Origin: Patescibacteria group bacterium
GTDB taxonomy: Bacteria > Patescibacteriota > WWE3 > UBA101185 > UBA10185
Length of the DNA: 64,000 nucleotides
NCBI GenBank assembly: GCA_026004595.1
Contig: BPJL01000006.1
Coordinates: 12,299 to 76,298 of the forward strand
Direction: 5' to 3'
Position 1 is the first letter of the stretch. Every line of letters starts with the position of its first letter. Both the position numbers and the translations under genes were made by a program. This document shows, piece by piece, positions 59,350 to 64,000 of the stretch. Under the pieces are notes generated by a model. That model saw nothing but the letters and a program-made list of their open reading frames with translations. It did not search any database and had not been told where the DNA came from.

Positions 59350-59476
59350 CTAAGAAGAGATTATGTTTTTGTTGAGCAGGGCACCTAAAAGAGCCTGAAC
59401 ACTGTCGGGTTCTTTTGGGTGTCATGCTCAATCAGGGCTTGAACATAATAACTAAATCAATAAGAAAGGAGTTGAG

Positions 59477-61417
59477 ATGGATCTGAAAAAACTTTTATTT
59501 CCGGGAACAGATGCAAGATTGTTACCTGAATCCTCCGTGTTTTTAAACGCGGTAACCAGGGAAGAGACAATTAGTGCTCGAGAGCTCCTTGGTGTGACGA
59601 TCCACCCCGTAAAGGGAGGTGCTGCTGGTGTCAGAAGTACGAATGGAGGTGCTACGCGTGTAATCGCATATCACCAAAGCTCTAAATTCACCGATGGCAG
59701 CGGTTTGGATATACGGCAGGCTTACAAGTACACTTCTAACTTAACAATGTTGCTTAGGCTGGTTAAGCACTACCCCGCCTCTTTTGTAAGGCATGTTCAG
59801 AACGAAAAGGATGGTGAAAAAACAGCCCGTACCGAATTTCTCGATGATGTCATGGAGTGGGCACTTCCTCGGAAAGGAAAGATTAGCGGTCATGATCTGT
59901 TACTTTGGGGAGATTTAGGAGCAATCATTCCCGAAAATAGGGAAGAGACGGCATCGTTACATGGAAAGATTGTTTCTTATCTTCAAGCCGCGTCTGTACT
60001 TCGGAGTGTAATTTTAAGTACCCCAATGTCTCTGGAAGATGCAAAGTACGACTTGATCACAAAAAGCTATGATGCAGTTTGGTATGCTGCACCCAGAAAA
60101 GTGTTTTGGTACCCTGATTTTTATTCGCTACCGGACTCTAATTTGGCATACGCTTTTTGGAGTGGTGTGGTATCTCCTGAGAATATCCGTGAACTAATGG
60201 ATATGGGAGATATACTGCTCTACACGGAGGTGGTCGAGGGTTATCTTTACGCGACCGCTATACTTCGTGTGGTAGTGCCGATTAGAAACGGAACTGCTGA
60301 CTTTTCCTCTGAAACCTCCCAGCTGATGAAACTGGGCAAATGGGAGAGGCGGACAGGTGCGGATCTGAAAAAAGCATTTCAGGCCTTTGTTCCAGGAAGT
60401 GCACCACCTCCGGCATGGGACAGGCACTCAGTACACAAGCCGAACTACGTTCTGTCGGCCATTCAAAAGTCTCTAAAGAATGTTGGGGATAAGAACGGAG
60501 ATACTATGAGCGGTTTCATAGATGACGAGCCGTTCTTTCTCAACAACCAGCTTCGTCCCAGTCGTATCTACTTAGGGCCCAGCAAAGTGGGAAAGTCTAC
60601 CCTTGCTGCAGCACACGTTTTGCAAACCAATGGCTGTAGGGTCATATGGATGCCACTGACAGCGGGTCAATTTGAATCCGCACCCCATTGGGTAGAAAGA
60701 TTCGAAGGAACTGTAATAAACTTAAATCTTCCGGATGCATATACACTTCATAGACAAAACGATAAGCAAAACGGAACCAGGCCTACACGTGTCGATATGG
60801 TGGCCAAACAAGAGGAGTTGCACGTTGAGGACAAAGAAGCGGCCGAAAAGACAGTAGCAAAGCTGGAGGCTGAGTGGTATCAGCGGGGTAAGATTGTAGG
60901 GTTGCCGCTTACGTTTCGTGTTAAGTCAGGCGACACTGTACGATTGCTGAACTGGTACAACCATTTCTTAACTGCTATGAGGGAGGCCTGGAAAAGGTGG
61001 TACGAGCTTACCGGAGAACTTGCCACCATCGTTGCAGACAATTTCAGTGCGTTGAAATTATCGGACAACGACCCCTTGTTAGGTGAATTGCCTGCGGCAA
61101 TAGGGGAGAATCTAGGACTAAACCTAGCTTGGTTGGTATCTAACGGTCGAAATATTGGCCTTTCATGCTGGATTACGACTCATAGCAAGGAAGATCTTGA
61201 TCATATAAGCACCGGCCTATTCAACCAGTTTGGATTGTGCTTCAACCTCAAACACAATGATTTCACTTTTTGTGAGGTCAGCCAGCCGAAAGATCGAGAT
61301 GTTTTGGTACCAAAGCTCTATATAAAGCTTCCTTATCCCATCAAACGCGTTGTTGAAAGACGCGAGCCGAACCTGGATGAACTGCCGTGGACGCAAAAAG
61401 AAGTTTCCGCGGACTGA
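59477..61417 (+). CDS. FtsK/HerA/VirB4-like P-loop NTPase (divergent)
   Basis: Walker A GPSKVGKST (60575-60601), then CRVIWMPLTAGQFE (the hhhhD-x-x-GE-Y spacing seen in VirB4/HerA/FtsK ATPases). Walker B-like TIVADNF (DN not DE) and arginine-finger/TQ-like LSCWITTHS. No TM; RBS AAAGGAG. Confidence 0.6.
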   Translation: MDLKKLLFPGTDARLLPESSVFLNAVTREETISARELLGVTIHPVKGGAAGVRSTNGGATRVIAYHQSSKFTDGSGLDIRQAYKYTSNLTMLLRLVKHYPASFVRHVQNEKDGEKTARTEFLDDVMEWALPRKGKISGHDLLLWGDLGAIIPENREETASLHGKIVSYLQAASVLRSVILSTPMSLEDAKYDLITKSYDAVWYAAPRKVFWYPDFYSLPDSNLAYAFWSGVVSPENIRELMDMGDILLYTEVVEGYLYATAILRVVVPIRNGTADFSSETSQLMKLGKWERRTGADLKKAFQAFVPGSAPPPAWDRHSVHKPNYVLSAIQKSLKNVGDKNGDTMSGFIDDEPFFLNNQLRPSRIYLGPSKVGKSTLAAAHVLQTNGCRVIWMPLTAGQFESAPHWVERFEGTVINLNLPDAYTLHRQNDKQNGTRPTRVDMVAKQEELHVEDKEAAEKTVAKLEAEWYQRGKIVGLPLTFRVKSGDTVRLLNWYNHFLTAMREAWKRWYELTGELATIVADNFSALKLSDNDPLLGELPAAIGENLGLNLAWLVSNGRNIGLSCWITTHSKEDLDHISTGLFNQFGLCFNLKHNDFTFCEVSQPKDRDVLVPKLYIKLPYPIKRVVERREPNLDELPWTQKEVSAD

Positions 61418-62767
61418 TAGGGTGTGCCATTATCCCCGGCATCCCAATAATGCTTGTGATCTGCTTATTAAGTCTGATCCTAGCATTGGGATACATGCAC
61501 GATACAGACCCTAAGGCATACAACGAATACATCGGAGATGTCTTGGGTCTGTCCGGGGGGACTTGGTACACCCTCACACCGGACGATGAAGAGCTAATTC
61601 TGGAACTGGGATTTGATCCGGCGGTTGTAGCCAACGAAATTATGGCCAACCGCTGGATCAATGAAAATGGCGGAGAGATAGACCTTGGTATTCAGTTGGC
61701 CATTTTGGAAGGAGAGTCCAAGGCGGGAAAAAACATGGGAACATGCAACGGATTACTTTCCGCTGCGAAATTTTCAAGGCAGGAGGTAGAAGCAGCAGAG
61801 TGGTTGTTAAGACGCTGGAGCGCAGCCGGAATACGAGACTGGTCAGAAATTGCACGGAAAATGGTTACGCCTGACTACAGTGACTACACAGCACACTGTT
61901 CAGCCGGCGAGATAGGACCTAACGGTATTCTTCCGTCGACAGGTGTCACTATATGTAAGTATGGGCTTTCAGAGCACCCTAACCCATTGGTGCGTTCCTG
62001 CAATTTTTTTGATGAAAGGGTTGCGCCTTATGGAAAAAATTGGTGGTTAAAAGCTATCGGATACAAATCCACAGCTTCAAAATCCGATAATTTTGAAGCT
62101 CTGTACGGTTGGAACCATAGCGAGTTCTATAGGACACAGTTGCTCGAAAAAGCTGATTATTACAATAGTTTTTTTCGACAATTGGAAAGGGAATCCACAG
62201 GAAAACGAAATATATGTTTTCAAAGGAACATTGTTGCAAAGTATCGCAGTCAAATTCCTGAAATATGTCGGTCTTCTGTCGGCAGAGGTTTACGCTGCGG
62301 GTCCTGACGAGGGCGCTGGAGAAGCCTTGCCCATTGATGGTTTCGTCCACCCTTACCCCGGGGGTTTTCTTTGTGGATATGGTTTCGGAGTCCCTGTTGC
62401 GAATGGTATTCACTGGGGGGTAGACCTGTGTTTTGGTTCTCCTTGGAAATCCGCTCCCATCTACGCGATGCACTCCGGTAAAGTTGCCTTTGCAAGGTAT
62501 CTTTCCCCCAGCGAACCATTAGCGGGACAATGGTGGATTTCCGGAAATGTAATCGTGATTGAAGGAAAAGATGCTTCCGGAAATACAATCTGGACAGCTT
62601 ACGGCCACGGCCTTAACGGTAGTATGGAAGTTGAGGTCGGAGATGTTGTAGAGAAAGGCCAGAAGATCATGATGTCGGGGTCAACAGGCTTTTCTTCGGG
62701 TATTCACCTTCACCTGGCTATGAAAGTTAACGGTCGGTGGGTGAACCCCGCAACATACCTAAAATAA
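61387..62767 (+). pseudogene. Membrane-anchored bifunctional peptidoglycan hydrolase (SLT-like lytic transglycosylase plus M23 peptidase), interrupted by a +1 frameshift (pieces 61387-62307 and 62093-62767; probable site T7 run 62169-62175)
   Basis: Piece 1: TM (IIPGIPIMLVICLLSLILALGY), SLT-like ILEGESKAGKNMGTCNGLL (Glu-Ser catalytic pair). Piece 2 (+1 frame): M23 motifs HWGVD, YGHG, GIHLHLAM. Confidence 0.7.
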
Positions 62768-62948
62768 GGGCGATTGATGAAAGCAGATTTTTCTCTTTCC
62801 AGTCGCCCTATCTCTAAATTTCTCTTTCTTGTTGTGTAAGCGCAAGGATTTATATTTTATGAATTTTTACGCTTCGGTTTCAGATAGATTTTTTTTGGAA
62901 CCGCTATAAATACAAACTGCCCCCTGCTTTATTAATAAGGAGAAAGGC

Positions 62949-63048
62949 ACTTTGAGAACAAAACAAGATAGATAGGTTGCCTTTAGGTACGTACCCGCAA
63001 GGCTTTTACTAGAAGTTTTACGGGTGCGTAGCCTAATAATAGGCAGCT
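62949..63048 (+). promoter_or_regulatory. Repeated leader element, copy 3 (box A variant, box B, hairpin with compensatory changes, box C)
   Basis: Box A ACTTTGAGAACAAAACAAGATAG at 62949-62971, box B GGTTGCCTTTAGGTACGTACC, hairpin GTACCCG (62991-62997) / CGGGTGC (63021-63027), box C GGTGCGTAGCCTAATAATAGGCAGC. Confidence 0.55.
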
Positions 63049-63083
63049 ATAAATAGGAAATATAAAAAAGAAAGGAGGATGGA

Positions 63084-64000
63084 GTGAATAAAGGATTTGC
63101 TGCGGTATTGCTGCTCTTTCTTGTACTATGTGGCACATTGGGTTTTGTAGTTTTTGGGTTGAATATTGTGGGAAGAGCGGACGTGCTCAAAAGCCTAGTA
63201 CTACCTGATGTAAAGAGTATCTTGACGGTATGTACCACAATGGTTGTAATAATAATTACATCCCAGGTTCTTTCATTTTGGGTTGCAAGGCTTGGGAAAA
63301 GTGTTGTCCACAGCTATTTTGACCGAAGGTGGCTCCCTAAAGAGAACAATAGTGAATCGTACACAACCTCATACGGAGAACGGCTCGAAAAAGTTGTATT
63401 ACCTAGTTATCTTGGAACAACGGTTTGGGATCTTGCCGCGCACACCTTTCCGTCAATGTTCGTTGTCAGCTTAATTGCAAGTATCGCGGTTTATGTGATT
63501 CTAACTGTAGCGGGTATTGGCGCTTTTCAGGTTTGGGTTATCTTGACCCTACTCATTCTAGCTTGTAATTTCATACTCGTCCCTGTCACGTATTGGATTA
63601 AGGAGTGGAAAAGGAAATATACAAAGTTCATCATATTTTCCTTCAATGTCATATACATTGGTGTAAAAACACCGATTCTTGCTTTGTTTTTCTGGAAGGG
63701 GAGCTTGCCGCAGAAGAGCAGAACTCCAATTACAGAAGTTTTGGAAATACAAATGTCGGCCGATCCCCAGCAATTCAAAGAGGAGTATCGTACCTCCTGG
63801 CTTAGGGACCAATGGACATCAATACTATCCAGGCGAGTAGGTTTGCGGACAATCTTTCTAAGAAGCCGCAGTAATAAAGCGGAGGATATCATTCTTTGGA
63901 TCGATAACGGTCCGGCGATAGATAAAATCCTTCGAAATCTTAGCGAAAAGGCTTTGAGGTCTCAATTGGGGGCTGGTCTAATTGCTCAAACTGTGGCCAA
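63084..64000 (+). CDS. Polytopic membrane protein (at least 6 TM), partial; VirB6/TcpH-like by context only
   Basis: Open frame (frame 0) from GTG 63084, 5 nt after RBS AAAGGAGG, to the window end with no stop (traced codon by codon). Hydrophobic helices (FAAVLLLFLVLCGTLGFVVFGL, ILTVCTTMVVIIITSQVLSFWVA, FVVSLIASIAVYVILTVAGIGAF, VWVILTLLILACNFILV). Missed by the ATG-based ORF track. Confidence 0.5.
   Translation, partial: MNKGFAAVLLLFLVLCGTLGFVVFGLNIVGRADVLKSLVLPDVKSILTVCTTMVVIIITSQVLSFWVARLGKSVVHSYFDRRWLPKENNSESYTTSYGERLEKVVLPSYLGTTVWDLAAHTFPSMFVVSLIASIAVYVILTVAGIGAFQVWVILTLLILACNFILVPVTYWIKEWKRKYTKFIIFSFNVIYIGVKTPILALFFWKGSLPQKSRTPITEVLEIQMSADPQQFKEEYRTSWLRDQWTSILSRRVGLRTIFLRSRSNKAEDIILWIDNGPAIDKILRNLSEKALRSQLGAGLIAQTVA

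Noticed and set aside
63283-63892. Listed ORFs 63283-63474 (+), 63605-63805 (+), 63527-63892 (-), 63558-63812 (-)
   Set aside because: All lie inside the long RBS-led GTG-initiated frame-0 ORF running 63084 to the window end, which encodes a coherent polytopic membrane protein; they are alternative-frame artefacts.
1-64000. CRISPR arrays, rRNA genes, transposase/integrase genes
   Set aside because: No regularly spaced direct repeats, no rRNA-like segments and no transposase or integrase motifs were seen anywhere in the window.

Overview
Low-GC (~40%) bacterial chromosome fragment, standard genetic code, compact gene spacing, short divergent proteins; these are consistent with a CPR/Patescibacteria-like genome (inference only). 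Positions 0-56 kb are mostly housekeeping genes: a clustered nucleotide-excision-repair set (lexA, uvrB, uvrA, uvrC); a division/cell-wall cluster (murA, mraY, ftsW, murG, ftsQ, ftsA, ftsZ); B12-dependent class II ribonucleotide reductase followed by a PduO-type corrinoid adenosyltransferase; ileS, rplU-rpmA, lepB; a cell-envelope glycan locus (GH18, GH-A-like hydrolase, Wzx-like flippase, Wzy/O-antigen-ligase-like protein, Ig-like protein, galU); five tRNAs; polymerase X, htpX, gatCAB, polA, a ClpE-like ATPase, rplS and hisS. Positions ~56.4-64 kb form an accessory-looking locus of small two-TM proteins, a polytopic lipoprotein, an FtsK/HerA/VirB4-like P-loop NTPase, a membrane-anchored SLT-like plus M23 peptidoglycan hydrolase and a further polytopic membrane protein. 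This locus is organised by a repeated leader made of conserved sequence boxes plus a hairpin with compensatory base changes, and I interpret it as a candidate divergent type-IV-secretion/conjugation-like apparatus. Three genes (polymerase X, htpX, the hydrolase) are each split by a +1 frameshift at a homopolymer run.
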